From the human T2T-CHM13v2.0 reference genome, Homo sapiens, in assembly GCF_009914755.1 (NCBI RefSeq), contig NC_060944.1: 64,000 nt of DNA. One strand, written 5' to 3'. Made by a program: the position numbers and the translations under genes. Shown one piece after another: positions 12,432-27,640 of this stretch. The stretch's first letter is position 1. Each line of letters begins with the position of its first letter. A model generated the notes under the pieces. The model saw only the letters and a list, made by a program, of their open reading frames with translations, was not told the DNA's origin and ran no database searches.

Positions 12432-12870
12432 ATGAAGTCTTAGATTCTTAAATGAATATAGAGGGAAAAGAAGTGATAAATACCAGTGAATGTCAGAACA
12501 CTCCAAAGACGAATTTCTGAATTCTGCAATACCTACAACTATATGTTAAACCAATACACAGAGAAAATTCTTCTTTTGAATCATAACACTTGGTTTAATT
12601 TAGTAGAAAGTTTGAGTTACAAAATTTGTTTCAGACAATGCAGCTTTGCTTCTCTTGGATATATGCAGTTTCTAGGACTTTATGCATCACACACAGCAGT
12701 AACCCACCACAGTCACATTCAGGAGTGGCTAAGAACCATCTGTGAACAGCAAACTGTCTACAGACAGTGCATCTCCAAGCCTGAAAGATACTCGCTCTCT
12801 GATGTTGTTTATGTGGCCTCTTTAAATTATTCAACAAACTTTCTCACTTAATTAAATTCAGTACAGTCCT

Positions 12871-13270
12871 TGATATAGGTTGGATACTTGTTCCCGCTCA
12901 AATCTCATTTTGAATTGTAATCCTTAGTGCTGGAGGGGGGGTCTGGTAGGAGGTGTTTGCATCATGGGGGCGTATCCCTCATGGCTTAGTGCTGTCTTCA
13001 CGATAGTTCTCTCAAGATCTGGTAATTTAAAAAGTGTGTGGCACCTCCCCGCCCACCCTCTTACTCCTGCTTTTGCCATGTGAAGTGCCTGTTCCCCTTC
13101 ACCTTCCTCCATGATGATAAGTTTTCTGAGGCCTCTCTAGGCGCTGAACAGATTCCAGCACTATGCTTGCTGAACAGCCTGCAGAACTGTAGGCCAATTA
13201 AACTTCTTCTCTTTATAAATTACTCAGTCTCAGGTGTTTCTTTATAGCAATGCAAGTGTGGCCTAATACA
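12871..13270 (+). mobile_element. MaLR solo LTR (MST family, MSTA-like)
   Basis: TG...CA ends (tgatataggttgg ... gcctaataca), internal cagcctgcagaactgt..ccaattaaac..tttataaattactcagtctcagg, and a 5-bp TSD gtcct/gccct. Confidence 0.92.
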
Positions 13271-15229
13271 GCCCTCTGCCAAAATATCAAAAATTTAATT
13301 GTGGTGTCTGAATTGAATTATGGATGCTTTTTGGTGTTCGAACCAGAGCCCTCATGGAAATACTGAATTTGAGTCAAGTTCAGAGGTTTCCATTAGGACT
13401 GTATTTAGCGTTCACTGCTGATGAAGCCGAGGCCCACAGTGGCTTCAGCACGCCCGCCAGGGTTGGGTTGGCTAGCATGGTCATGGCGGAGCAGACAGGA
13501 ACAGCATTCCTCATGTAACCGTCTGGACAAAAGTCAAGCTGGCTACTTCTTCATGTTGGCAGAAATCTTAATTGCAGAGCTGCATGTCTTCCCTGCCCTC
13601 CAGGTCTACAAGCACCCCGCCACAGGTTCCTCCCACACCATCCTTCTTCTTGAACAGCACAGAGTCCCCTGGACATTCTATGATTCTATAACTCCTGACT
13701 CCAGCCTCTTCTCTTAAGCAGTTTGATTTTTCTTTCCTTTCTTTTCTTTTCTTTACTTTTTGGATGCTCATTAATGGGTGATGATGATTTTGATGTCATT
13801 CTCATTACCCAGGCCTCCTAAACTTTGAGTTAAGCATGAATCTGAAAATGTCCTGGTGCGTAACAGGATTACTTGGCCTTTGAGTGTTAACCTAACTTAA
13901 ACCAGGTGCACTAGCAAAAAAAAAAATAAAGATAAAAAATAGGAAAGGAAGAATTGCATATTTCCTTTAATTGTTGAAATGTAAAGTTCAAATATAGGAG
14001 TAAGTTTGAGGTCAGGTCTTTTTTCTTTATAATTAGGACTAGTTGGTCATCTCTAAAAGACGTGTGTCTCAAAAGTTGAACAACCTTAGTTTGGATGCAC
14101 TAGAAGTCTTCAGAACAGAGATTTGGTGGACAAGTTGGTATAAGCCTTTTTTAAGAGAGAAGTCCAATGAGTTTTTTTGTAATTAAATGTCATCAAGCCA
14201 GGCTTTAAAAATAATAAAGATCTCCATTATCAAGATTTAAAACAGATTAATAATGCCCCAAATGGCTTCTTCTTGCCCTGGCCTCACGAGTTCACAGAAA
14301 TCCCCAGCCCAGGAGATGCCACCTCATGATTGGCTGCAGTGCTGTTGACGTCCCTGCACTCCTTCACTCTCTGACTTCGAAGTTCCCTTAAGTAGGTGAG
14401 AGACAACCAACCCTCATCTACTCCGCTCTGACTTGTCAGTGTGCTTGGGATCCAGAAGTTGGCCATTTTCCTACTATGACATGTATTTTCTGTGTTATTT
14501 GAGAATACTCAACTTTGCTCTAGAAAATAAGATAAATAATCAAATAAGGGTGACAGATAAATCTAAGTGCAGAAGCAGGTGGCCTGCAAGTCACAAAGAC
14601 TTCAGTGACTCAAGCTGATCGTGTGTGTGTGCTCCCAAGTGACAGAAAGGGATGGGAGGGCCAGAGAGGTAACCAGCATTTATGAGATCTGAAACTGAAC
14701 CCAGCCACCCACTGGTGACAGACTTTCTGGCTCCGTGTGTCTGTCACCCAAAACACACAGACAGGAGTCATGACTGGTTGCAGGTCACTGGGAGCTATAG
14801 CTGCTGGCCTGACACACAGGCCCCTCCATCTCCTGAGCCTCCCTCTGGTCCTTATCACTCCCCATCAGCAGGAAAATGAAGGAGCAAACATAGGAATACA
14901 GTAACTGGGTGCATTCATCCCGCTGGTGCTCCATCTGGAGCGTGAAACTTACCCCATCACTTTTCTGTTGCTTCTTACTGTGTTTTTAAAAACCACTCTG
15001 TTTTATGACCTCTGGGGCAGCTGCCTCAAAGTTACTTGGAGGCTATCATTGCATCAAAAGAATTTCCCACAGCACAGAGATGGGTGGCATGTCCCAGGGC
15101 ACAAGGCCTGTTAGAAACCTGTCCTGCCCCATGGTTCAGATAGTAACTAAAGGGCATGGAGGCAGAGTCAGAACTCAAGTCAGAGATGAAAGGCGCTGAG
15201 GTTCCATCCTTTATCCCTGCATGATCTCA

Positions 15230-15612
15230 CTTCATAAATGCTTATGACATAATGTGAAGTGAAAAAAAGGAAAATCATAGCTTATATAGACAATAGAACT
15301 CTTATAAAACTGTTTCCATTATAGATAAGTAATCATATTTATCTGTGCATTTACATACTTACTGAGCAAATGCTAGTGTGTTAGACTGAATGTTATGGAA
15401 GTATTTTTTCCTCTGAATATTGAAAACATGCATTACTCTAAGTAGATATGTATTAATGTATGTATAAACACTGAAAGATGCTGGAAACAAGTACATAAAA
15501 ATGGTAACCATGGGTGATAGGATTATTGATAATGTTTGGTTTCTTATTCATTTTTTAAATATTTTAGGAATTTCTAAAAGTCAACAAGAATTGTTTTATA
15601 ATTGAAAAAAAT
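15230..15612 (+). mobile_element. L1ME-like 3' end fragment
   Basis: atgacataatgtgaagtgaaaaaa ... aaaatggtaacc..gggtgataggattat; degenerate. Confidence 0.5.
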
Positions 15613-15648
15613 TATAATGCTACTCCAAACATGCCCCCACAACTCAGA

Positions 15649-15945
15649 TTTTTTTTTTTTTTTTTTTGAGGTAGAGTCTCGCTCTATCGCCCACGGAGTG
15701 CAGTGGCACGATCTCAGCTCACAGCAAGCTCCGCCTCCCGGGTTCATGCCATTCTCCTGCCTCAGTCTCCTGAGTAGCTGGGACTACAGATGCCCACCAC
15801 CACGCCGGGATAATTTTTGCTATTTTTAGTAGAGACAGGGTTTCACCGTGTTAGCCAGGATGGCCTCGATCTCCTGACCTCGTGATCCGCCCTCTTTGGC
15901 CTCCCAAAGTGCTGGGATTACAGGCGTGAACCACCGCGCCCAGCC
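15649..15945 (-). mobile_element. AluY with 15-bp TSD
   Basis: AluY diagnostics gcaagctccgcctcccgggttcatgccattctcc and ccgtgttagccaggatgg..cgatctcctgacctcgtgatcc. TSD acaactcagattttt (15639-15653) / acaacacagattttt (15946-15960). Confidence 0.95.
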
Positions 15946-16029
15946 ACAACACAGATTTTTACAGGAGTTCTAAAGCAGGAAAAGGGCCAAACTCACAACA
16001 CAGGGAGGTTTGATCCTTTAAAATCATAA

Positions 16030-16268
16030 TTACAGTTAGGCAGGAGGAATCAGTTAAAGCGATCGATTGTACAGCATGATGACTATAGTTAATGGTGATA
16101 TACAGCATTCTTAAAAAACACAAAGAGAGTGGATGTTAAGTGTTCTCACCCCCCAAATAATGCATTTGTTAATTAGCTAGAGTTAATCATTGCACAATAT
16201 AGATACACTTCAAAACATCATTCTATGCACAATGAATACATACAATTTCACTTTTCAATTAAAAAAAT
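16030..16268 (+). mobile_element. L1MA-type 3' end fragment
   Basis: tacagttaggcaggaggaat..gattgtacagcatgatgactatagttaat ... gtgttctcacc ... ttcaattaaaaaaa. Confidence 0.75.
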
Positions 16269-16699
16269 CAAATGACAGCCTCCAGCCATCCTTGGAAGGT
16301 CTCATTCAATATAGCAGGCATCCCTCCCAAGATGCATCACTCTCATCATTTGCTGGCCTGCACCCAACAACTTCCCGTTCTTTCTAGTTTCCACACTTCA
16401 GTCTGTGTTAGATTCTTAGGCTATGATATACAAAGATTGATGCTGCGTTTGTCATAGGCCTCCTTTTATACTTGAGTAGTGCTAAAAATATTAAAAACTC
16501 AGTCAATACGTGTCAGCACCAGGCCACACACCTACAATTAGCCCCTTGCCCACCAGCTCACATCTTTCCATGGCAACTCAGTTTTGTGCAAACCACTCAT
16601 GCCAAAGACGGCAGGTGGGCTGTTCTCAGGGTCTGTTGATGGGGAAGGAGTAGAATCATGATGCCCCACATCCTTCCACATGTTCTCATGTAGTTTCTG

Positions 16700-17254
16700 C
16701 TCGCTTATCCCCTCTAAATGTAGTGGCTCAAAACAATAACAATTACTTTACTCTCTCATAGTTTCTGTAGGTCTGGAACTTAGGAAGAGCTGGGCAGGTG
16801 GTTCTGGCTCAGTCTCTTGGCTGGAGTTGGAACAGGTTGGGGGATCAGAGGGCTAGAGAGGCTGAGGGCTAGCTGGACAGCATTGTCGGTTCATGTGGTT
16901 TCGGGACTGCTCCATGTGGTTTCCCAACATGGGATGATGTGGGCTCCCTTCTAGCATGGTGGCCTCAGGGCCGTCAGGCTGCTTATGTGGCGTCTCAGGG
17001 CACCACTCATGAGTGTTCCAGCAGGAAGGTAGAAGCTGAGTTGGTTTTTAATTACCTAGACTTGGAAGTCAATAAGGTCATCTCTGTCTTACTCTTATGG
17101 CCAGGAGAGTCACAAAAGCTCTCTCGATTCCAAGTGCCAAAGGAGACCTAGACTCTACCTCTCAATGGGACGAGTGTCAAAGTCACTTTGAAGAAAGAAC
17201 ATGAGTGATAGATATATTGTTGTGGCCGCATGTGAGAAACACACTCTGCCACAC
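16700..17254 (-). mobile_element. MaLR LTR (MLT1 family)
   Basis: tagtggctcaaaacaataac..ctcatagtttctgtaggtctggaa ... agactctacctctcaatggga ... ctctgccaca. Confidence 0.8.
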
Positions 17255-17795
17255 AGGTGCTGTGGCTCCATCGAATATGCCTTGTGTCTACTCCTACTCA
17301 GTCTTTGAGAGCCAGCTGCTTATATATTCGGTCTGGTACCCTTCTTGAACTTCCTTTTAAGAATAAGAGCATCCTCATCAAAATCCCCTTATCCCATTCC
17401 ACACACTTGCATTGCACACTTGCCTCTTTTTCTTGGAGGAATTCACATGTTATCCCCAGCAATCTTGCAAGCTCCCTGGAGGGTTGGGGCCTTGTAACGT
17501 TCATATTGTCTTCTCTCTGTTACCTACACAAAAATGTTTTTAAAATAACATAAGAATTCTTAATAACACAAGAAGTCCTGAGGATATCAATAACGAGAGA
17601 CAAACACAGGACTCCAAATTGCACACCTTACCTGGTCTCATTGATATGGAAGGGGTGGGAAGTTAAGGAGGCAGACACTAAACAGCTCATGGTGGTGATT
17701 TCTGGGAACAGAAATTATTGAAGCTTTGTAATTTATTATCTACAAACTTTGAGTTTTCAGTAATAAACAAGTGTTCTCATTTATTTAAAAAATCA

Positions 17796-18158
<363 letters not shown>

Positions 18159-19199
18159 CTAAATCAAGTGACATTGTGTCTACAAAGTATTGTTTCTCAA
18201 AATTCACTTCCATCTAGATGAGCTATGCCATACAACTGCATCTTTTATCTCCTCTCACTCCCCTCCACAGCTACAGGCATGAGAGAAGAGCAAGTGCTCT
18301 CCTGAAGCAAAGTCTTTAAAAAGCTCCCAACCCAAGAGTTGGGACACTGACAGGCTTACATTCACTTTTCCAGTTCACCCATGGTATGTGTTTCTGTTCT
18401 CACCTCAGTCTTGAGTTTTCCAGATCTGTCTTAAAGTAAAAGAGAAAATCCAAAGTCCCTGCATATCTCTTTACTGCATGCTGTAGAATTTTTCTTCCTA
18501 AGTTATTTCTGAGTCAACATTGATTCCTTCCCACTGAACTGAATTATGGTGTTTCAGGCCTAGTTAGTACTTTAATGATGTTGAAATCAAAGAGTAGAAG
18601 TTTTCACATGGGTATTCACATGAAATATTCCAGGACATGATTATTAGGTTCTTTGGGTTTGATAGCTGCCCTTGATTTACAGTCCCTTCTTGGCATCCAC
18701 CATGCCTGAGAATAACAGATTAGCCACAGTCATACCTGTTTTTTTTCCAGAGCATATAAGAAAAATTGCTTCAATAAAAATTAAAAAAAAATCTTTGCCA
18801 TCAACCACTCCCGTCCTCCCCCAAGCAAATGTTCATGCTAGTATCCACAGCATAGCGAGATGGGCATAGAGAAATGGCAGGGTCTCTAAGCTAATTCATT
18901 TCTATTCTTTCCTTCTCTCCCTTGCATGTTTCTAACTCTGCATTATTTTCCTCTAGGCCAAGGTAAAAGCCACCCTCTGCTTTTATAGTTGCAATGAGTT
19001 TAAAGACTTGAGCACAGCAGACTTGGAAAAGTGCTGTAGTAGGAAGCAGAAGTGCTGGGCTCTATGCTTCCAGGCCCTTGTACAGGAAAGGTGGTAGGAC
19101 AATTGGTTAGAGCCCCCATACTGCCACTGAAGGGAACTTTCGTCTGTTAGGACAAGTCTTTTCTTTTTCTAAGAGGGAGAGAACATTATTTTCATTTCT

Positions 19200-19560
19200 G
19201 TTTTTCCCAGAAGCCAATCCTGAGACACAGATTACAGTATAAGTAGCTTATCTGGGAGGTGATGACTGGTAGGAAAGTGGAGAAGAGAGATCAGGTAGGA
19301 AAGCCAGTTAGTGGAGTGTTTGTTAACAAGCAGGGGACCGGTAGGTAGCTGAAGCTTGGTTCTGCTGGAGAAATCTGCTACCACACCTCAGAGCCATCCC
19401 ACATGAAATGGGAGGGAGCTGGGGTCCTTACCCTCCACCCCACTAGCCACTGAGTTGAGGGCAGCTCTGGAGAGTCACTGTTTCCAGCACTTCCTGCCTG
19501 TCATGCTTGGGCAGAGAAAACTCTGGTGGCCAGAGGAAACAGGGAGGTAAGAAATCTAGG
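19200..19560 (-). mobile_element. LTR33/LTR16-family LTR
   Basis: ccagaagccaatcctgagacacagatt..agtagcttatctgggaggtgat ... cacctcagagccatcccac..ggagctgggg; same pattern as 6-417. Confidence 0.72.
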
Positions 19561-19755
19561 TGCTAATGGTTGGGAGGGAGACTTGGAGGCCTCCACTTCC
19601 TCACTAGTGAAACATCAATGCACAGATTGAGCTCACAGGCTACTGTGTGGTTGAAACAAGATGATACCTTCAAGAGCACAAGCTTGGTCTTACAGAGGAA
19701 GCAGACTGCTAGTGTCCTGTGAGTTGTTTGCTTACCTACTAAATAGCTAGATCCA

Positions 19756-22494
19756 CCAATACATTCAAAAAAACCAAACTCATACAAACCACACTTTTAG
19801 ACAATAGCACCATAAAAGCAGAAATCCATACCAAGAAGATCTCTCAAAACCATACAATTACATGGAAATTAAACAACCTGTTCCTGAATGACTTTTGGGT
19901 AACAATGAAATTAAGGCCAAAATCATGAAATTATTTGAAACTAATGAAAACAATGATAAAACATGCCAGAATCTCTGAGGCATAACTAAAGCAATGTTAA
20001 AAGGAAAGTTTATAGTGCTAAGTGCCCACATCAAAAAGTTAGAAAGATTTCAAATTAACAACCTAAAATCACACCTAAAGGAACTAGAGAAACAAGAGTA
20101 AACCAACCCTAAACCTAGCAGAAATAAAGAAATAATCAAAATCAGAGCTGAGCTGAACAAAATTGAGAGGTGAAAACTATACAAAAGATCAACAAAACCA
20201 AAAGTTGGTTCTATAAAAGAGTAAATAATATTGATAGACTGCAAGCTAGACTAATAAAGAAAAACAAAAAGAGAAGATTCTAATAAGTAATCATAAATGA
20301 CAAAGGGGACATTGCCACCAACCCTATGGAAATAGAAAATCATCAGAGACTATTATGAACACTTCTATGCACACAAACTAAAAAACCCACCAGAATGGAT
20401 AAATTCCTAGAAACATACAACCTCCCAAGATTGAATCAGAAAGACATTAAAACTATGAACATACCAACAGTGAGTTCCAAAATTGAATCAGTGATAAAAA
20501 GCCTACCAATCAGAAAAATCCCTAGACCAGATGGATTCATAACAAAATTCTACCAGAAGCATAAATAAGAGTTGGTATCAATTCTATTGAAGCTATTCCA
20601 AAAAAATTGAGAAGTAGAGACTACTCCCTAACTTATTCTATGGGGCCAGTATCATTCTGATATCAAAACCTGGCAGAGACACAATGAAAAAAGAAAACTT
20701 CAGGCCAATATCCCTGATAAAAATAGATGCAAAAATCCTCAACAAAATATTAGTAAACTGAATCCAGCAACACATCAAAAAGCTAAACCCCCACAATCAA
20801 GTAGGCTTTATTCATGGAATGCAAGGTTGGTTCAACATATGCAAGTCAACAAATGTGATTCATCACATAAACAGAACTAAAAACAAAAACCACCTGATCA
20901 TTTCAATAGATGCAGAAAAAGATTTTAATAAAATTCAGCATCCTGTCATGTTAAAAACCTTCAACAAACTGGGCATCAAAGGTATATACTTCCAAATAAT
21001 AAGAGCTATTTATGGCAAACCCACAGTCAACATCATACTAAATGGGCAAAAGTTGGAGGCATTTCTCTTGAGAACTGGAACAAGACAAAGATGCCTATTC
21101 TCACCATTCATATTCAACATAGCACTGCAAGTCTTAGTCATAGCAATCAGGCAAGAGAAATAAATAAAAGGCATCTAAATAGGAAAGAAGGCAGTCAAAC
21201 TGTCTCTGTTTGTAGACAATATGATTCTATACCTAGAAAATCCAATAGTCTCTGCCCAAAGACTACTAGATCTGATAATCAAATTCAGCAAAGTTTTAGA
21301 ATACAAAATCAATAAACAAAACCCAGCAGCATTTCTATATACCAAGCTGACAGCCAAATCAAGAACCAGTCTCATTCACAATTGCCACAAAGAGAATACA
21401 AATACCTAGGAATACAGCTTACCATGGAGGTGGAAGATCTCTACAATAAGAATTACAAAACACAGCTGAAAGAAATCAGAGATGACACAAACAAATGGGA
21501 AGGCATTCTGTGCTCGTGGATAGGAAGAATCAGCACTGCCAAAGTGACCATACTGCCTACGGCAATTTACAGATTCTAAGCTATTCATACAAAACTACCA
21601 AAGATATCTTTCACAGAATCAGACAAAACAACCCCATTAAAATGTGGGCAAAGAACCTAAGCAGACACTTCTCAAAAGAAGATGTACATATGGCCAACAA
21701 GCATGAAAAAAAGCTCAACATCACTAATTATTAGAGAAATGCAAACCAAAACCACAATGAGATACCATCCCACACCAGACAGAATGGCTGCTATTAAAAA
21801 GTCAAAAACTAACAAATGCTGGTGAGGCTGGGGAGAAAAGGGAATGCTTATACACTGTTGGTGGGAATGTAAGATAGTTCAGCCATTGTGAAAAGCAGTG
21901 TGTCAATTTCTCAAAGAATGTAAAACAGAATTATCATTTGACCCAGAAATCCCATTATTGGGTATATAATATACCCAAAGGTATATAAGTTGTTCTGTCA
22001 TAAAGACACATGCACACATATGTTCATTCCAGCACTATTCACAACAGCAAAGACATAAAATCAAACTAAATGCCCATCAATGGTAGACTGAATAAACAAA
22101 ATGTGGCACACCATGGAATACTACAGAGCCATAAAAAAGAATGAGATCATGTTCTTTGCTGTAATATGGATGCAGCTGGAGGCCATTATCCTAAGTGAAC
22201 TAACGTAGGAGCAGAAAAACCAAATACCACATGTTCTCATTTATAAGTGGGAGTTAAACATTGAGTAACAGGGACACAAAGAAGAGAAAAAGAACAGACA
22301 CTGGGGCCAGGGCCTACTTGAGGATAGAAGGTGGGAAAAGGGTGAATATTGAAAAACTGCCTCTTGAATACTTGTGCTCTTTATCTGGGTGACAAAATAA
22401 TCTATGTACCAAACCCCTGCTATATACAATTTACCCATGTAACAATACTGCACAGGTACTTCAAACCTAAAAGCTGGAAAGAAAAATAAACAAG
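19756..22494 (+). mobile_element. 5'-truncated L1 (old L1PA, about PA15-16) with internal deletion
   Basis: ORF2 remnants [18 protein letters not shown] (20819-21163) and MILYLENP (21221); 3'UTR caatttacccatgtaacaa..; degenerate TSD taaatagctagatcca (19740-19755) / taaatgactagagcca (22495-22510). Confidence 0.93.
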
Positions 22495-22557
22495 TAAATG
22501 ACTAGAGCCAGAAGGCCATGTCTCGTCAAAATAGAAGTGATAATACTTGTCTAATAC

Positions 22558-22672
22558 TTTTTGAACACCTTTGCTGAGGTATGAATGATATACAAAATCT
22601 GCATGTATTTAATGCACACAATTTGGCGAGTTTGGGCAAATACAGACACCTGTGAAACCATCACCACAAACA
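22558..22672 (-). mobile_element. L1MA/L1MB 3' terminal fragment
   Basis: tttgctgaggtatgaatgatatacaaaatctgcatgtatttaatg..cacctgtgaaaccatcaccacaa. Confidence 0.65.
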
Positions 22673-23410
22673 AGGGGTTTCTATTACTTAATATACTTTT
22701 TTTTCCTCTTTTATTTAAAAGAATACTCAAAAAAGTGTTTGTTTGTTTGGTTTTTTTTTTGCCTGTGTTCTTGATGTAAGATATATATTTTTTTCTTTTT
22801 TTGCCAAAGGCACACTAATTCTGTTTTTAACTTTCTAAAGGATGATAAGACATCAATCTTGGGTGTTTGGGTCTTTCAGGCTGTAATTGCCTTAACTATC
22901 TAATTCATTGCAGTGTAAAACTCTTTTCTGGCATTTTTTCTCTTTTCTTGATTTTTAACACAATGTTTTAGTTGCCAAGACTGCCCACCCACTCCCATAA
23001 GAGAGTTAAGAAGATGGGTTGTCTTTTATAAATTAAAGAAAATAAACTAAAAGGAATGTGAGGGAAGAAGGAAAGAAAACCCAGGCTTTCTTACAAAACT
23101 AAATTTTTCTCTAAAGCAAAATTTCAAATTTTGGAAATGTGTGGTCAGTACTAAAGACACAGGTCAGGATTCAAGTGGGACAGTTTGAAATGACCTTAAG
23201 TAAGACAACACAAAATCCTCATCTGTTTTTTCCTTTGATGTTAGACTTACTTCATCTTTCTGTTGTCTCCTAAAATAATGTAGACTGATTGAAAGGAAAT
23301 AAAGATCTCCTTCAGTAATCTGTTTTTCCTTGTGTATCAGAAGCAGCAGTGGCTGGCAGAATTCTGCTATAAGCTATAAACATTGATTTCTCAGCCACTG
23401 TAAAAATTAA

Positions 23411-23797
<387 letters not shown>

Positions 23798-25137
23798 TAA
23801 GGAAAGATTGTGGAACTGGCTTCATTTTCCACGCCTCCAACTCACTCTGCGTATTCACCTCCTTCCTGTCTTTAATGGTGGGGGGTATGGCATGCTGGCT
23901 AACTGGGCTTTCTGATTAATTGCACACTGTAAATGTAACTATATTAAACACTCTTTTTCAGCTGAAGAAGATTTAATTCTTCCCTGATGATCCAGAAATG
24001 TTCATAATTAAGACCAGCAATTATACGAATGGGTTTCACAAACATTGGGTTATTTGAATGGATGACTCAGGCTCTGAAGAATCGTTTCCAGCTGAAGGAG
24101 CATTGGAAAACCATAGATAACATATTGTCCTGATTTAGAGAGCCTGAAGAATAGGCTCAAAGGACACAGAGACCACAGAGGGCACCTTACCACTCACAGA
24201 GAGGAGTTGGACTGCTGGGACTCCCAGCAAAAATATTCTCCATGACAAATGGAAGTACAATCTTCTGGTCCTCCCCTACCCCCAATAGACACACGATTGT
24301 AGGTGAGGGCGGTTTTGGAAACTCAAGGGGCCTCCTGACCCTGCCGCATGCACAAGGCCAAAGCAACCCAGGAAGCCATCTTGCCTGGACGCAGGATGGA
24401 GACCACTGAATCCAGGCCAAGTTCCACACATCACCAGCAGTGATGCATGAGAGGTGATGATGAGGGCACAGCACCCAAGACTTCAACAGACTCCATCACC
24501 TTGCACAGTTTGAGTCAAGGACATTCCTCAATTCAGAGCTGCCGGCCTGGTGTGAAGGCCATTTGCCCAGCCCTTGCTGGAAGTCATGCTACCAGACCCT
24601 TAGAGCCTGACCTTGCCAGGGCCTTCCTTCAGGCTTGCATGAGTGGGTGGGAGGGTGGAATCAGCAGTATCATGAATAAACACTGACCAATTTCCTTTCC
24701 TGCTGAGGCACTTTTAGAAATATTCTTGCACTCTTACTATGAATAAGATGGTGATTACAAGTATTATAGTGCTTTATCTGTTCACAAAGTTTGAGAGATT
24801 TTTGTCGAAATCTGGACACACCCATAAAAGTGTGCCACACTTGAGACCCTTGTTCTTTATACATGTGGCTATTGGAAAACATTAAGACCACTATGTCTAC
24901 CAGATCCAGCATGATTTTTAAAAACTCCATTATAAGTGAAGATGACACTCAGGAATGGAAACTTACAGCTTATCCACTCTGCCAAGAAATCATGTTCTCT
25001 AAGAGTGAGAGAAAAGAGATGCTGTGTGTGGTCACTTCCCACTTTTTTCTTGTTCCACGATCCCCTCCTCTCCGAGTTTCATTCACCATCCGCAATTGCA
25101 GACTTCTTGCTCTGAAGATTGTACTAGTAAGCTTTCT

Positions 25138-25812
25138 GTAGCAGACACCACTGAAGCCTTACTGTTTTCTACTAGGCCAGTGTTGCTCAAATGTGGTCCT
25201 TCGACCAGCAGCACATCAACATCTCCTGGGAACTTGTGAGAAGTGCAGACTTTGGCCTCTCCCCAAACCTCTTGGATAAGATCCTGAAATAGAGGCCCTG
25301 CCGTCTGTGTGTTTGCCAGCCCTGCAGATGATTCGGCTGCTCACTCAGACTGAGAGCAGTAGCCGGAGATGCTCACCCTCCCACGAGCTCCACTGCTTCC
25401 TGCCGCGGGCCCCTGGGGCTCCGTTGAGGTCTTGCTTAGGTGTGCTCACATCTGAGATGCGCTCAGACCACTAACTTCAGCTGCGAGCCAGGTCAGAAGT
25501 GCTGAAGAGTTAGTGCCCTGGGGAACAGCTCTCAAGCAGAGAGGGACAGGACTTGGAAAATAAAAATGCAGCTCCCTCACACATGAGATGAGACGATTTT
25601 CAGGCATGTTCCACCTGGTTCTTCAGAAGTCCCCATCAGGACTGAGGCCCGGTTGTCACAGATGTGGCCTGCTCATTCATGCATCCTGGATTGCCTTTCC
25701 CTGTCTCACTTCCCCACTCCTGCATGGGTGCTTCCTGAGATCATCTCCCAAATAAGCTGCTTGTTCCCAAGCCCCTACTTCAGGCTCTATTTCTGGGAAA
25801 GCCAATATAAGG
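25138..25812 (+). mobile_element. LTR16/LTR33-family LTR, apparently interrupted by MER5
   Basis: Starts tgtagcagacacc (25138). 3' part: tccctgtctcacttccccactcc..cttcctgagatcatctcccaaataagc..caggctctatttctgggaaa. Confidence 0.65.
25178..25361. mobile_element. MER5 (hAT-Charlie) non-autonomous DNA transposon
   Basis: cagtgttgctcaaatgtggtcc..accagcagca..ctgggaacttgtgagaagtgcaga..gccctgcagatgattc. Confidence 0.8.
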
Positions 25813-26304
25813 AAGATGTTGTACTATGAATGAAAATTCATACATATTCTTAATGCCATTCTAGTATCATCAGGTTTAATTTCCAGAACAACCCTATAAG
25901 GCAGAAGAGATTGGACAGTGGGGGAATGTGCCCCAAGCGACAGAGTCCTTGCCGGTGGAGCTGGAATCTCTACCCCTTTTTGAGCTGATGGGAAACTTGT
26001 ACAGATACTTCCACTTTGGAACATTGGCCAAAGTGATAAAGAGAAGATCGAGATGAATTTTAATCAAGGAATTAGAAATTGAGAAGACCCGACTTAGGAG
26101 CCCTCACTAATTTGGCTATGTTGGGGATCTGATGGGTTTGGTAATAATGTCAGGATCCAAGAACCTACCAGTCACTGTGGCAGATGCAGGAAAGAAGTAG
26201 GCTTCCATGGTATGGGTTTCTAAACAAGTTTCCTTTGCTTCTAACCATTTTCTTCTAAAGTAAACCATGACATCATGCTTTGCTGCAAATATGCATTAAG
26301 CCAT

Positions 26305-27113
<809 letters not shown>

Positions 27114-27464
27114 GCTCTTCACTGATAACTATTACAGAAAGTGAAAGGGAAAAATGTTCTGAATCTTACAAGGACATATAGTTCAAGACAGCCAATGAAT
27201 AAATAATGGGCAGAGAGTAATGTTGTTATAAGGAGCTCTAAAACTAGCTCTAATTTTAATTAAGGAAAGAACTTCTAAGCATTGGCACTTTTATGCTCAT
27301 TGTAATGTTTTTGGCACATTTCCCATTGGGTAGCGTCGCACAGGTATGTAAAGGAATCCCAGGCCGCTAGCCTAAATCAGTACTAGAGGCAAGTTTTTCA
27401 ATGAGAATGGTCCAGCACTCTATTTAGTAATGTGAGTTTCCAATTGCTATGAGTAACCCAGGAT

Positions 27465-27640
27465 GATAGCATGTTAAAGACATACAGAGATTTAAAAATA
27501 TATTCTAGTCTCTTTATGAAAACCATGAGAAAACAGAGGTTTTCCAGTGTTGGGGATCACCCTGAGAGTGCCCAGCAGGAGGTTAGCAGGAGCTGCAATG
27601 GAAACCAGATTCCAAGCTTCACTGCTTTCCATGTGATTCC
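27465..27640 (-). mobile_element. MIR SINE
   Basis: atgagaaaacagagg...gatcaccctgagagtgcccagcaggaggttagcaggagctg. Confidence 0.55.

Noticed and set aside
13776-13846. Possible C/D-box snoRNA (tgatga ... ctga)
   Set aside because: No convincing terminal stem or recognisable rRNA/snRNA guide; the motifs are short enough to occur by chance.
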